Assembly (NCBI RefSeq): GCF_006345805.1
Contig: NC_043020.1
Span: 6,696,001-6,760,000 of the forward strand
Source: Octopus sinensis
Taxonomy: Eukaryota
Direction of reading: 5' to 3'
DNA: 64,000 nt
Both the position numbers and the translations under genes were made by a program. Shown here one piece after another: positions 40,182 to 54,233 of the stretch; the stretch's first letter is position 1; each line of letters starts with the position of its first letter. Below the pieces are notes generated by a model, which worked only from the letters and a program-made list of their open reading frames with translations, did no database searches and had not been told where the DNA came from.

Positions 40182-40413
40182 GCACACTCGACTCATCATT
40201 GAACACACCGACTCGCTGGTCTGAGATATAAATGCAAATAGTGTAAAGTTTGTTTGATGTGCTTTGGCATAGCACGAGCGAAACGGAATTAAATTTTGAA
40301 TTAAAGCAGTTCTAATAATGGGAATATTATTAGTGTGACATACATAATGTATGTGTTTTGTGTGTTCGTCCATTAGCTTCATAGAAAGAAAAATAGAAAG
40401 AAACAGAGAGACA

Positions 40414-40449
<36 letters not shown>

Positions 40450-40463
40450 GGTGTATGTATGTA

Positions 40464-40661
40464 CAGTAATCCCTTGCCATATCGCAGTTTATTATTTAAG
40501 CTCACATCGATTCATCCGTGGTGTTCTTCTGCATTTATAATAAAATATATAGAAATTATTAAAAAAAAAAATACAGTACAGTACTGTTTCTATTTCGCGG
40601 ATTTTCACTTATCACGGGGTGGTTTTGAAATGTAACACCCGCGATAGTCGAGGGATTACTA
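40464..40661. mobile_element. Tigger/pogo-type MITE
   Basis: TA|CAGTAATCCCT ... AGGGATTACT termini. Confidence 0.75.
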
Positions 40662-40839
40662 GACATAAATATGCATGCATGTGTGTGTGTATGTATGTAT
40701 GTGTGTATGTATGTATGTATGTATGTATGTATGTATGTATGTATGTGTGTGTGCGTGTGTATATATGTATGTATGTATACAAAATATATATACATGAATA
40801 TAATGTCTCTATCAATCTTTATATATATGTCACTCTGCC

Positions 40840-40901
<62 letters not shown>

Positions 40902-40904
<3 letters not shown>

Positions 40905-42225
40905 TGCTCAGTAAAAAGTAAGCAATGTTTTGAAACATGAAATTCATCACAATGTATTTCAACAATGCGGTAATTTTATTCCTCAAAGTAAATACTATTA
41001 CAATCAACACATTTTTGCCAACGAGTTACAAGTTAGTTTATTCCGATATCATAAAAGTATGGAGTTCTGGAGCTGAGGAACTCTTTGATCGCACTTTCAG
41101 CATCGATTTGATGTTTCAACTCCTTCTCTCGAAGGAAACCATCAAGGTGCTTGAAAAAGTGGTAGGCCTGTAGGAGAAAGGTCTGGGGAATAAGCTTGGC
41201 GGGGAAGAACTTCGTAGCCAAGTTCCCTCAACTCCTGGAGCGTCATTAGTGAAACGTGGTTGAGCATTGTCATGAAGAATGATTGACCCTCTTCTGTTGA
41301 CCAGACTGAGACAGAGGAGTAGCGGCTTTTTGTTCATTTTGGCAATTTCATGCCAATATGTTTCTGCAGTAATGGTTTTTCCGGGTTTTAAGAAGTTATA
41401 GTGGACGAGTCCAACAGTACACCATCAAGCAGTCACTATAACCTTCTTTTTGAAGAGCTCGGATTTAAGGAAGATTTTTCGGTGCTTCATTTTGGTCCAA
41501 CCATTGCGAAAAATGTTTTTTTCCTTATTATTGTACAGAGTCCACTTTTCATCGCAAGTTACAATACGGTCGAGAAATGAATCGGTCTGGTTACGGAGAA
41601 AAAGGCGGCGAGCTATCAGAATCGTTAGCACGTCGGGCGAAATGCTTAGCGGTATTTCGGCTGCCGTTATGTTGTGAGTTCAAATTCCGCCGTGGTCGAC
41701 TTTGCCTTTCATCCTTTCGGGGTCGATAAATTAAGTACCAGTTAAGCACTGGGGTCGATATAATCGACTTAATACCTATGTCTGTCCATGTTTGTCCTCT
41801 CTATGTTTAGCCCCTTGTGGATAATAAAGAAATAGGTCTGGTTACGGAGAAGTGACGAGTAAATTTCATATCTGCGCATTTTCTGATTTTTATTTCAAAT
41901 CGTGTGGTAGCCATTTGTCGAGCTTTTTTGATTTTCCGATCGCATGGAAATGGCTGCAGGCAGTTTTCTGGTTTTCTTGAATTTCTTTTGCTAGTTCTCG
42001 AGTGATTTTTCGTGGATCTTTCTCACACTCTTCAAGGCTCAGGTCTTCACTGCGAAATCGTTTAAACCATTTTCGAGCTGACCACTGACTGGTCATTTCT
42101 TTACCAAACATTTCGTTGATATCGTGAGCAGTTTCAGCTGCTTTACGTTCTTTTCTGAAGTTGAATATCAAAATTGCTCGAATATCGCGCTTTGACAGTT
42201 CCATTTCAGATGATTATAACCACGT
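40902..42225 (-). mobile_element. Mariner transposon, near full-length pseudogene with SINE insertion
   Basis: N-terminal HTH to WLPHDL, FLDRIVTCDEKW, ILHDNA, YHFFKHLD; multiple frameshifts. Confidence 0.92.
41601..41834 (+). mobile_element. SINE family A (Tx1-type tail) with perfect 17-bp TSD
   Basis: ggtctggttacggagaa at 41584-41600 and 41835-41851. Confidence 0.95.
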
Positions 42226-42226
42226 T

Positions 42227-44760
42227 TTCTTTATTGCCTACAGGGGGCTAAACATAGAGGGATGGTACAAATGAGGGAGGGGTCGATGGTGCGTATGGTT
42301 TTCATACAGAGGTGAAAAGTTAAACATTTATATAATCGAATGCTAAACAAATGATAAGCAAAACAAATGCGCAATGATGAGGGGGACGGGTTTTGCTTCG
42401 ACCCCGTAAGCCCCGTGCCACCACTGTAACCTCTAGTACAGTGCTTTTCAAACTTTTTGCTGGAGCGGAACCCCAAGGGAACATTCCACTGGCTCGAGGA
42501 ACCCCTGTGCAATAATTTAATAGTCTTATGCACAGGAGAATTAAAAATTACTGCCGATTTTAACAGTTTTGTAACTTCTTGCGGAACCCCTGGACTGTAC
42601 TGGCGGAACTCCTGGACTGTGCTGGCGGAACCCCTGGACTGTGCTGGCGGAACCCCTGGACTGTGCTGGCGGAACCCCTGGACTGTGCTGGCGGAACCCT
42701 GGTTGAAAACCACTGGTATAGTATAACCTTATGGATGCACCATGTGGGTTCATTCATTCGCAACAAACGCGCCACAGCCTTCCATCTTTTTTCCATATAC
42801 ATCAGGTTACAGGCATTTTCTCTCCACCCTTATTTTCCTCTTAAGGTGGTAGATGAAGTAATGGACCAGTCCACGGCTGGAGATGAGTGTACCTGTCACG
42901 ATTCCTTTCACGCGGGTCTTCCATACAGCTTCTTTCGCTGTAGCGACCACAGCGAGAAAACAAGCCTTGCCTTCTTTGTTAAAAGAGGCAGGAGGAACAA
43001 TCTTTACAACCGACTCGGAAGACAGTTGTACTCTTCCCAGCCGTGACAGCAGATGTTCAACGTAAACCCACAACTCAGAGATTTTGAGGCATTGCACAAT
43101 TGCGTGCAGAACGATTTCCCTGTCCTGCTCGCGTCTTGGACACGTGGGTGCGCAAGGGGCACCATGCCTAGCGAGTTTATCGCGAACTGGTAAGGCTCCT
43201 CGGTAACACTGCCAGGCCAGGGATCCCTGGAAGTTATCCAAGGGTCCTGGTCCGAATGTCCTTCGGAATAGACTGCTTAGTTGATTCCCATCGAAGCCTA
43301 GTCTTCCCCAGGAGGTCGTCACACTGAGTTTCTTCCAGCCCTCTATAGAAAGCGGAGGTGGAACCCCCGCCACTGGTGTTGCCCGTGTGACAAAGAAGCT
43401 TGAGTGCCTCACGACACTCCGCTCGCCAAGCACCCAACTTTGGTCTACACTTGATCCAAGGTCCTAGTTCACTCAAACTAGTAAACTCAGGAAGTAACGA
43501 CCGAACGAACGGAGACCACACCTGTTCACCATCCAGGTAGAGCCACATATACCTCGGCCTCAGCGCATGTCTGCGCATCAACAGCCAAGGCATCCCTAGC
43601 CCACTCTTTAGCGTGTGCTGGCAGTAGACAGGGCGCTTTACAAGAGGACTTCTACCACTCCACAAAAAGCAGAAGAGCAGCCGCTCCAACTTGATCGTCC
43701 ACGAATGGGGCACGGCACAACGGTTAGGCGGTAAGTAATCACAGAAGCGATAAACACTCCTTCGACTTCCGTCCTTCCTTTTAGGGATAGCCTCCGCTGA
43801 GACCAGGTCTGATTTTGGTAGGTCACCCTGCTTGTCACCTCGCTCCAATTCTTCTCTATCTGGAGGTCTGGACCAAACCAAACCCTAGCATTTTAACCGG
43901 GCCCCCCGTCTAATGCTCTACGACGCTGTTGGGAGGTATCGTCTGCCTCTCCAGGTGCCGACTGACCCATCTCGGTTAACTTATGCTCCTACCACCGCCT
44001 CGTAGTCCTTAATGGCTTTGCCTACACTCTGTAGGTGTACTATCTCGGACACGATGATGGTGATGTCATCCGCATACGCCGAAACCTCCCTACTGCCACC
44101 TAGATCGCGTGGGACGCCTCCCAAGCTCTCAAACTTCCGTAGGCTATAGAAAGTGGGGATAGAAGACACCCTTGACGAACCGAGCGTTTGATGTTGAACG
44201 GCTTCCAGAAGAACCTGATGTTGCTGTATAAAGCAATGATCCACCCGCGGAAGACGGGGCGAAGCCCGAATGCCGCGAGAACCGACACAAGATATCTGTG
44301 GTCAACCCTGTCAAGAGCTTTGGACTGGTCTAAACGAACCAGCGCCCTACCCTTGCCAGGTGACCCGTTAACCCTCTCTAAGGTGTAGCGTAGAAGGTAG
44401 AGATTGTCGTGTATGGATCTGCTAGGAACGGCACAAGTTTGTGCCTCCCCGACGATTCCACCCACGACACGTGTCAACCTTTTTGCTAACACCTTGGCCA
44501 AAATATTCAATTCTGTGTTAAGCAGAGTGATGGGCCTGAAATTATTTATAATATCCCCCTTGTTTGGCTCCTTTCTAAGCAGCGTCACCACTCCCCGGCT
44601 CACAGATCTGTGTTTAAACCCATTCTGTTACCAGTTGGTGAGGACACATGCCACTAGGTGCCCGAACAAGTCTGATACTGTTATAAAGCTCGTAGGGGAG
44701 ACCATCTAGTCCTGGTGACTTGTTCTCGCCGCAGTTCGACAAAGCCTCCTCAGCTGTGAT
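42227..44760 (-). mobile_element. 5'-truncated L1-Tx1 LINE: RT, zf-RVT and 3' UTR, frameshifted
   Basis: KSPGLDGLPYELY, NFRPITLLN, LDQSKALDRVDH, VRQGC, AYADD, WQCYRGALPV..C..LHAIVQC. Confidence 0.93.
42439..42715. mobile_element. hAT MITE with an expanded 22-bp subterminal repeat
   Basis: CAGTG..CACTG TIRs; degenerate TSD ctctagta/gtatagta; gcggaacccctggactgtgctg x5 at 42581-42690. Confidence 0.85.
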
Positions 44761-44978
44761 AACTCAAACACACACACACACACGCACACACACACATATA
44801 TATCCACCCAATAGTCAACTGGTACTTATTTTATCGACGCCGAAAGACGTATGGCAAAGTCGTCTTCAGCGGAACTTGAACTCAGAACGTATAGCGACGG
44901 GCGAAATGCCGCTAAGAATTTCGTCTAGCGTGCTTAACGATTCTGCTGTCTCGTCGCCATAGCAACAACAACAACAAC

Positions 44979-45016
<38 letters not shown>

Positions 45017-45901
45017 GCAATAATACTATTAATAATAATGAAAAAAAGTATCGAAGGGGTGACGCATACACTGCGTTTTTCGCAAATCATTTTCGCGAAA
45101 ACATTAAAATACAACTTGGCAAAGAAATTTGAATGTTTGTTATTTTAGTGGGTTTAGAATTAAAATAATAATAATAATAATAAAAAAAGAAATAACATAA
45201 AATGAAGATTCTTCTCCAATTTTTCGCTGAAGAATCAATTCAATAGTTTTACAGTGAAATGCTAAAATGCGAATTGACAAGAAAATCAAAAGTTGTTTTG
45301 GGAAAGTTCAACATGCAATTTGCATATGAGTAAAATTTGCAAATGACTAAATAAATGATTATTCAAATAATAATCATGAATATGAATAATCATGTTTATG
45401 AAAAAGAAAGTGAACAAAATGAGATGCTTATAGAAAATATTGCATAGGATTTGAGAAGTGTTTTCAACGTCTTTCAATGATGGCAGGTGAATCAAACGTG
45501 CAGTAGTTCGTTGTAGGATATAAATAATATGACCACTAGCTTATCGGGAAATTTGTAAATTCGATTAAAAAATAAACAACAACTTTTGTTTGAAGTATCA
45601 CCATTATAGGTTTCATATTTCGGTGAAATTAAGAAATTAACTCGTAAATAAACGAAACCCTCGAATCCATCACTGTACACACGCAGGCATACAACTGCAC
45701 GCATGCTCGCACATACAAACACACGATAATCAAATCTAATAGTCATCATTTCGAGCCACTCATCCAATGAGTATTTCTGCCAAATTTGGTGAAAATTCGT
45801 TCAGCCATTTTCCAGTAATTTTGCAAACACACAGACAAACCGACAAAGACGAGTGATTACAATGTCCTGCTTTCGCTTACATGCACAGGGTAATACAAAC
45901 C

Positions 45902-45974
<73 letters not shown>

Positions 45975-45976
<2 letters not shown>

Positions 45977-46332
45977 CTGCTTTCTAATTGATGTATCAAT
46001 AACAGCAGATGACAACGTGTCTCTAAAAGAAATGGAGAAACTTTCAAGATACAAAGACCTGGAAATAGAGGTAACTCGAATGTGGAATCTAAAAACAGAA
46101 ACAGTTCCTATCATAGTAGGTGCATTAGGCATGATAAAAAATATTCAGACAAATACATAACAAAAACACCAGGACTTGCAAACACATATAACATACAGAA
46201 AATAGCACTACTAGGCACTGCACACATCCTACGCAAAACCCTTTCAATACAGTAACCATCAGAGCATCACAACAAAACACAGCACATACCCAAGGCACAC
46301 AGAGCTGCGCTCGGTAGTGAAGTGAAAGCATG
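45975..46332 (+). mobile_element. R4/Dong-like LINE 3' end inserted in (TAA)n
   Basis: CFLIDVSI..KEMEKLSRYKDLEIEVTRMWNLKTETVPIIVGALG; flanked by TAA repeats. Confidence 0.88.
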
Positions 46333-46586
46333 CTAATAATGATCTCATTTATTTGTTTCAAGGGCGAAGAATAAGGGGGACAATACAAAGACAGGCATAA
46401 GGTGTTGGGGGGGGGGGAATTTACATATAATGAAGTGATAAAAAAAAGGGAACAGAAAGAAAGTATATACGGTATACACTGAAAAAGAAGGGACATGTGC
46501 ATAGCATAAAAAGGTTTTAAAAAAATGACGGAGAAGAGGATAGAGATGTGGCCCTCCAGATATAAGAAGGTCTCTAGCGATAATTC

Positions 46587-46617
<31 letters not shown>

Positions 46618-46701
46618 TGATGATGATGATAATAACAATCTATGGATTGAATTCATAAATATTTTTACGCATCGCTACGCGCGTTTCCACAGGTTGCATG
46701 G

Positions 46702-46758
<57 letters not shown>

Positions 46759-46875
46759 CTTTTGTACACGGACTTTTTTTAAACGGACAAAACCCTTCGT
46801 AACTTTTGCCCTGTGTTTTTGTCCCTTTATGTTTTAATTGATTTTTGTTAGCCCTTGTGGCCAATAAACGAACGA

Positions 46876-46946
<71 letters not shown>

Positions 46947-47189
46947 TATTGACGGTGGTGAGCTGGCAGGATGATTAGCACACCGGGCAAAATGCTTAGC
47001 AATATTTCGAACGTCTTAATAGTTTGAGTTCAAATTCCGTCGAGGGCGACTTTGCCTTTCATACTTTCGAGGTCGATAAATTAAGTACCAGTTGAACATT
47101 GGGGTCAATATAACCGATTTAGCTCCTTCCTCGAAAGGGCTGGCCTCGTGCCTTTAGTAGAACGGATTATTATTGTTATTACCTTTTTA

Positions 47190-47492
47190 ATGTTTGGCAC
47201 TTAGCCTGTCGTTCTCTTTTGCGGAATCGTTAAATGTTTGAAACGTAAACAAACCAACACCACCTGTTAAACTATAGTGGAGGACAAGCAGGAAGACGCG
47301 CACGCACACACACACACACACACACACGTACACATACACACACATACACATACATATACATCTACATGTATATGTATAGTTAAATTTACTCATAAACATG
47401 CATACACACCCATATACATATAAATACATACATAAATGCATATATAAATATATATATATACACACACACAGACATATATATATAATATATGA

Positions 47493-47538
<46 letters not shown>

Positions 47539-47867
47539 TATATATATGTATGTATATATATATATATATATATATATGTAACATATATATATATACGACG
47601 GGCTTCTTTCAGTTTCCGTCTACCAAATCTACTCACAAGGCTTTGGTCGGCTCGAGGCTATAGTAGAAGACGCATGCTCAAGGTGTCACGCAGTGGGACT
47701 GAACCCGGAATCAGGAGTGGCTGTGTGGTAAGTAGCTTGCTTACCAACCACATGGTTCCGGGTTCAGTCCCACTGCATGGCACCTTGTGCAAGTGTCTTG
47801 TACTACAGCCTCGGGCCAACCAAAGCCTTGGGAGTGGATTTGGTAAACAGAAACTGAAAGAAGCCCG

Positions 47868-47946
<79 letters not shown>

Positions 47947-48190
47947 GTGTATGTGTTGTGTGTGCGTGCGTGCATGTTTGTGTGTCTGTGTTTGTCCTCC
48001 AACATCTCTTGACAACCGATGCTGGTGTGTTTACGTCCCCGTAACTTAGCGGTTCGGCAAAAAAACAAAAACGATAGAATAAGTACTAGGCTTACAAAGA
48101 ATAAGTCCTGGGTCGATATGGTCGACTAAAGGCGGTGCTCCAACATGGCCGCAGTCAAATGACTGAAACAAGTAAAAGAGTAAAAGAGTA
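47190..48190. mobile_element. Two SINE family B copies abutting head-to-head
   Basis: Minus copy 47190-47710 (5'-clipped) directly joined to plus copy 47713-48190. Confidence 0.9.
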
Positions 48191-48491
48191 TATATATATA
48201 TATATACGCCATTCATCCATCCATCTCTCCTGTCACTAATCTAACTATAACAACCTTGTCCATGTGTGTTCTTACATTGATACTAATCTCAAATCTTCAG
48301 TTGTCGTCCATCTCCGCTTTCTTTTTACCGGATATCGTCTGCATCAGCAATATTGATTCATTGAAGCAGACGACCAAGATTGTCTCTCAAAACGAGGCTC
48401 CGTATTCTGCTATGACGTCGTCCACGTAGATTTCCATTGACGCATCTCATTAATGTCACTTGGTTGGTAGCGAAAGATGGAAACCCTTGGA

Positions 48492-48580
<89 letters not shown>

Positions 48581-48772
48581 CATGTGTGAAGAGTGGATGG
48601 AAGAAACCAGAATCTGCAAAATGGAAAAATAAAAGTGTGTGTGTGTGTGTGTGAATGTGTGTGTGAGTGTGTGCGTGCGTGTTTGTACGCGCGCGTTAAA
48701 AGAAAGCGAAAGTTCGGCGTGTGGCAAGGAGAAAGACGGAGATAAAGAAATGCAGCCAAATAGAGGGATGTA

Positions 48773-48821
<49 letters not shown>

Positions 48822-48866
48822 CTCTATCTTTCTATCTATCTATCTACCTATCTATCTATCTATCTT

Positions 48867-48901
<35 letters not shown>

Positions 48902-48963
48902 CTCTAAATAGATAGAGAGATAGATAGATGGAGAGAGATAGAAGGATAGATAGATAGGTAGAT

Positions 48964-49020
<57 letters not shown>

Positions 49021-49239
49021 CAGAGTGGTAGATCGACATATATACAGATACATAAAGAAAGAAATAGTGAGTTAAAGTAAAGAGAAAGTAAGAAAGAGAG
49101 AGAGATAGAGAGTGATTACTCGGAAAAGATTAAGAAAATAAGAGGGAATGGGATGAAATTTGAGAATTTATTTGACTGGGTCTACTCACCCATCGATCTA
49201 TGTGTGTGTAAGGGTATTTATCTATCTATCTATCCATCC

Positions 49240-49316
<77 letters not shown>

Positions 49317-49437
49317 CCTCTCTCTCTCTATCTATCTATCTTCCTCTCTCCTTCTCTTCCCTTACTCTCTCTGTCTCCCCTCTCTCCTCTCTATCACACT
49401 TTCCTTCTCTCTCTTCTCGCTCTCTCTATCTTTCTCT

Positions 49438-50095
49438 CTATCGATCTGTTTGACTATCCAAAATTACTTTTCCGCCAACTCTTTGCTTATCACCCGTCCC
49501 TTTCTCTCTTTCTCTTTTTTTTTACCTCTCACTCACTCACTCACTCTCTCTCTCTGTCTCTATGTCTCTCTCCCTCTCCCTTTCCCTCTTGCACCGTCTG
49601 CCTTGCTCTCTCTCCTCTTTCGCTTTCTCTCTCTCCCTCTCGTGTATCCTCTCTTCCTTGCTCTTTCTCTCTCCACCTTCTCTCTCATATACATCTTTCA
49701 CCACTCAACATCTCTCGCTTTATCACTCACTTTTTCCCTTTCTCTCGGCGTGTCTCCTCCTCCTCCTTCTCTCTCTTTCTCTCTCTCTCTCTCTATCGAT
49801 CTGTTTGACTATCCAAAATTACTTTTCCGCCAAATCTTTGCTTATCACTCGCCTCTCTCTCTCTTTTTCTTTACCTCTCACTCACTCACTCACTCTCTCT
49901 CTCTGTCTCCGTCTCTCTCCCTCTCCCATTCCCCCTTACACTGCCTGCCTTGCTCTCTCTTTCTCTCTCTCTCCCTCTCTGCCCTTCTCTTTTGCACTCT
50001 ATCTTACTCTCTCTTCCTTGCTCTCTCTCTCTCTGTCTCCCCTTCTCTCTCATATACATCTTTCACTACTCAACATCTTCCTTTCTCTCGGTGTG
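49438..50095. repeat. ~355-bp tandem duplication within CT-rich sequence
   Basis: tatcgatctgtttgactatccaaaattacttttccgccaa at ~49439 and ~49794. Confidence 0.85.
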
Positions 50096-51785
50096 TCCCC
50101 TTCTCCCTCTCTTTCTCTCTTGCACTTTGCCTTGCTCTGTCACCCATTCTCTCTATCCCTCTCTCTTCTTCTCTTGCTCTCTCGTTCTCTCGCTCTCTCT
50201 TTCTCAAATCTTTCACCTATCTACATATCTCTCACTATACCTCTCCCTCCTTCTCTTCCCCACTTTCTTCCTATCTCTCTCTCCCTTTCTATCCCCCTCT
50301 CTCTCTCTCACTTGCACTCTATCTGCCCTGGCTTCTCTCCCCACCACCCATCTACATAAAGCCATACCAATCCACTCAACGGGTGGTCCCTGTGCGCCGT
50401 AGTCCAACCTGCTAGAAAGAGCAGCCAAATCTCCTTCAAAATCACGCTCTTCAGTGCAAGAAAACAAAACAACACGTGGGACAATGGCGGTGTGGTTACT
50501 GGTTTCTTTATAAACTGAAATAAACAGAGAGGCAGGGATGGTCACGGCTGGATCATTTGGTCGATCACAGCCTTACTTGGAGGAGAGGGGGGTGGGGCAA
50601 AACAACACTAACAACAACGATAACAGCAGTGGTAATAATAACAACAACAACCGAAGCAGCGACGACAGCATCATCATCATCATCACCATCATCATCATCA
50701 CCACCACCACCACCACCATCACCATCACCACCACCACCACCACCAAACATCATCACCATCATCATCACATCATCACCTCCTCACCATCATCATCACCATC
50801 ACCACCATCCACCACACCATCATCACATCATCACCATCATCCACCACACCACCCACCCACCATCATCATCACATCATCATCATCACCATCACCACCACCC
50901 CCCACACCACCACCCCCCACCACCACCATCACCACATCCCACCATCCCCATCATCATCATCATCACCACCATCACACCCACCACCACCACCATCACAGCA
51001 CATCATCATCCTCACCACCACCACCATCACATCATCACCACCACCATCATCATCATCTCATCATCATCATCATCATCACCACCACCACCATCACCATCAC
51101 ACCTACCACCACCAACCACCATCATCACCATCATCATCATCACCAACCACCATCATCATCATCTGTCACTCATCAGTCCTCACCAGCAAAATCACAACAA
51201 CATCACATCAACAGCAGCAGCAGCAGCGCAAGTACAACACCAACAACCGCAGCACAGCAACAACAACAACAGCAACAGCAACAACAACTGTTTATACATC
51301 TTGTGTACCTGCGAAAGGATTTGAAAATACCTAACACCTATAATTACGTTAAGTGTTTCCATACATACGACCATACATATGCATACACACACTCTCGCTT
51401 GCTCGCTCAAAGAGGTGCATATACACACAAACATGGGTATACAAATATATACAGATACACATACATGTGTATATACATACATATGCAAATGCATACATGT
51501 ATGCATACATACATAGTATGAACATACGTACACACCTACATACATATATATATAAGTGTACCTACGTGTGTGTGTGTGTGTGTGTCTTTACGTATGCACA
51601 TATATAGGCATGTATCTACTCCTTCCCTCCCTATATATTTATCTGTCTGTCTGTTTGTCTGTCTATGTATGTATGTATGTATGTATGTATGTATGTATAT
51701 ATGTATCTATCTATCTATCTATCTGTTTGTGTGTCTGTCTCTCTGTCCGTATATCTATTTATCCTTCTATCTATCGGTCTGTCTG

Positions 51786-51819
<34 letters not shown>

Positions 51820-51867
51820 ATCTATCTATCTATCTATCTATCTATCTCTCTATCTATCTATATACAC

Positions 51868-51902
<35 letters not shown>

Positions 51903-52152
51903 CAGCTCGAAATTACTACGATGATCCGGTTCTTGACTGAAGACTGAGGGTTCGAATGTCCTGTCCATGTTTAGTATCGTCTTCTATGAGTTATACGTTA
52001 TGTCCATGTTGTATTTTTCTCTACATACTTAATTATATAAATATATATATATATATATTATATATATATATATACATGTATATAGTATATTATAAATCAA
52101 TTCTCCTCTTCCCGTCACTCTGACCGTCACGCTTTCTATCTCTCTCTCTCTC

Positions 52153-52183
<31 letters not shown>

Positions 52184-52514
52184 ATAAACCTCAAATCTTT
52201 AGATTATCCAACAAATTAAACAAACAAGCAAACAAATGTACAAATAAGCAAAGAAATAATACAATACATAATTAAAAAAAACCCCAATAAAGCACAACAA
52301 AAAACAAAAACAAAGAAACTTCCCAGTCCCAGACAACAAACCAAAAATTTGCATAAAAACAACAATAATTATATATTCAACAACAAACAAAACAAAAGAA
52401 GAGTATAAGGAGAAAGGCAAAAGGGGAGAAGGGAGAGGAGCTGAAAAGGAAAGCCTGATGGAAGTAGGAGGGGGGAGGGAGGAAGATAAAACGAGGAGAA
52501 TGAGATTCTGGTAA

Positions 52515-52855
52515 ATAACTGGTACTCCGTCGGTTACGACGATGAGCCTTCCGGTTGAAGACCCAGCAACGTAGCAGTCTGCTCGTGAAATTAACGTGCG
52601 GTGGCTGAGTGCTCCGTAGACACGTATATACGTAATGTAGTTCTCAGGGAGATTCAGTGTGACACAGAATGTGACATGGCTGGCCCTTTTTGAATCACAG
52701 GTACAACTCAGTTACTCCACTCCACTCAGCTGAGTGGAGTGGAGTGGAGCAAGCTGAAATAAAATGTCTTGCCCAAGGACACAACGCGTCGCCTAGAATC
52801 GATCTCATGACCCTACAATCATGAGCCGGGTACCCTAACCAATAAGCCATGTGTC
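52515..52855 (-). mobile_element. SINE with family C head/core and a different tail
   Basis: gaaataaaatgtcttgcccaaggacacaac core in reverse orientation. Confidence 0.7.
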
Positions 52856-53039
52856 TTCATAAAAAAAATTTGTACCGAGCGGTTTCAATCTGCGTACTTT
52901 AGCTCCGTTACTATAGCAACAGATCCAATACTTTTTTTTATCAGATTGCGTATGTAACGGGTTTACAATTGCTAAGTAATGGATTAACACTCCTATAAAG
53001 TGGCTGATTTCAATTGGCCCTGAGAAAATCACAACTTCT

Positions 53040-53197
53040 CAGAGTGGCTGTGTGGTAAGTAGCTTGTCTACCAACCACATGGTTCCGGGTTCAGTCCCAC
53101 TGCGTGGCACCTTGAGCAAGTGTCTTCTACTATAGCCTCGGGCCGACCAAAGCCTTGTGAGTGGATTTTGGTAGACGGAAACTGAAAGAAGCCCGTC

Positions 53198-53271
<74 letters not shown>

Positions 53272-53490
53272 TGTGTGTGTGTCTGTGTTTGTCCCCTAGC
53301 ATTGATTGACAACCGATGCTGGTGTGTTTATGTCCCCGTTACTTAGCGGTTTGGCAAAAGAGACCGATAGAATAAGTACTGGGCTTACAAAAGAATAAGT
53401 ACCGGGGTCGAGTTGCTCGATTAAAGGCGGTGCTCCAGCATGGCCGCAGTCAAATGACTGAAACAAGAAAAAGAGTAAAGAGTAAAGAGT
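53040..53490 (+). mobile_element. SINE family B
   Basis: Full copy. Confidence 0.9.
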
Positions 53491-53701
53491 AGTATAGTGG
53501 AATTTACGTAGTGATTTTCAAGCTACTTTTTTTGGTAACCAACAAAGTTAAGTCTTCCATGGCGCAAAATTCGGTAGGGGCTATGGATTAATATCCACTG
53601 ATTGACCACCTAGCATATAGTAGACGAAGGAATACGAGAATAACGGTCAGAAACGTGCGTAGCAATATAGACTTGTGGCTGATGATGACTTTCTCGAAAC
53701 A

Positions 53702-53758
<57 letters not shown>

Positions 53759-53818
53759 TTGTGATACTGACCTGGTTGTGGCGAAAGGAATAGTATGGCG
53801 AACATACTATATAATAAG

Positions 53819-54233
53819 GCGGCGAGTTGGCTGTATCGTTAGCACGCCGGGCGAAATTCGTAGCCGTATTTCGTCTGCCTTTATGTTCTGAGTTCAAATT
53901 CCGCCGAGGTCGACTTTGCCTTTCATCCTTTTGGGATCGATAAATTAACTACCAGTTACGCACTGGGGTCGATGTAATCGACTTAATCCGTTTGTCTGTC
54001 CTTGTTTGTCCCCTCTGTGTTTAGCCCCTTGTGGGTATTAAAGATATAGGTATTTCGTCTGCGTTAGGTTCTGAGTTCAAATTCCGCCGAGGTCGACTTT
54101 GCCTTTCATCCTTTCGAGGTCGATTAAATAAGTACCAGTTACACACTGGGGTCGATGTAATCGACTCAGTCCCTTTTTCTGTTCTTGTTTGTCCCCTCTA
54201 TGTTTAGCCCCTTGTGGGCAATAAAGAATTAAA
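53819..54233 (+). mobile_element. SINE family A head-to-tail dimer
   Basis: Junction aaagatata|ggtatttcgtc at ~54049. Confidence 0.9.

Noticed and set aside
48330-48490. Possible minus-strand exon after (CT)n-ccaag
   Set aside because: All three frames hit stops before a plausible donor.
49153-51521. 420-aa Leu/Ser-rich and 327-aa His/Pro-rich ORFs
   Set aside because: CT-rich and CAT/CAC simple repeats, with no domain or splice evidence.
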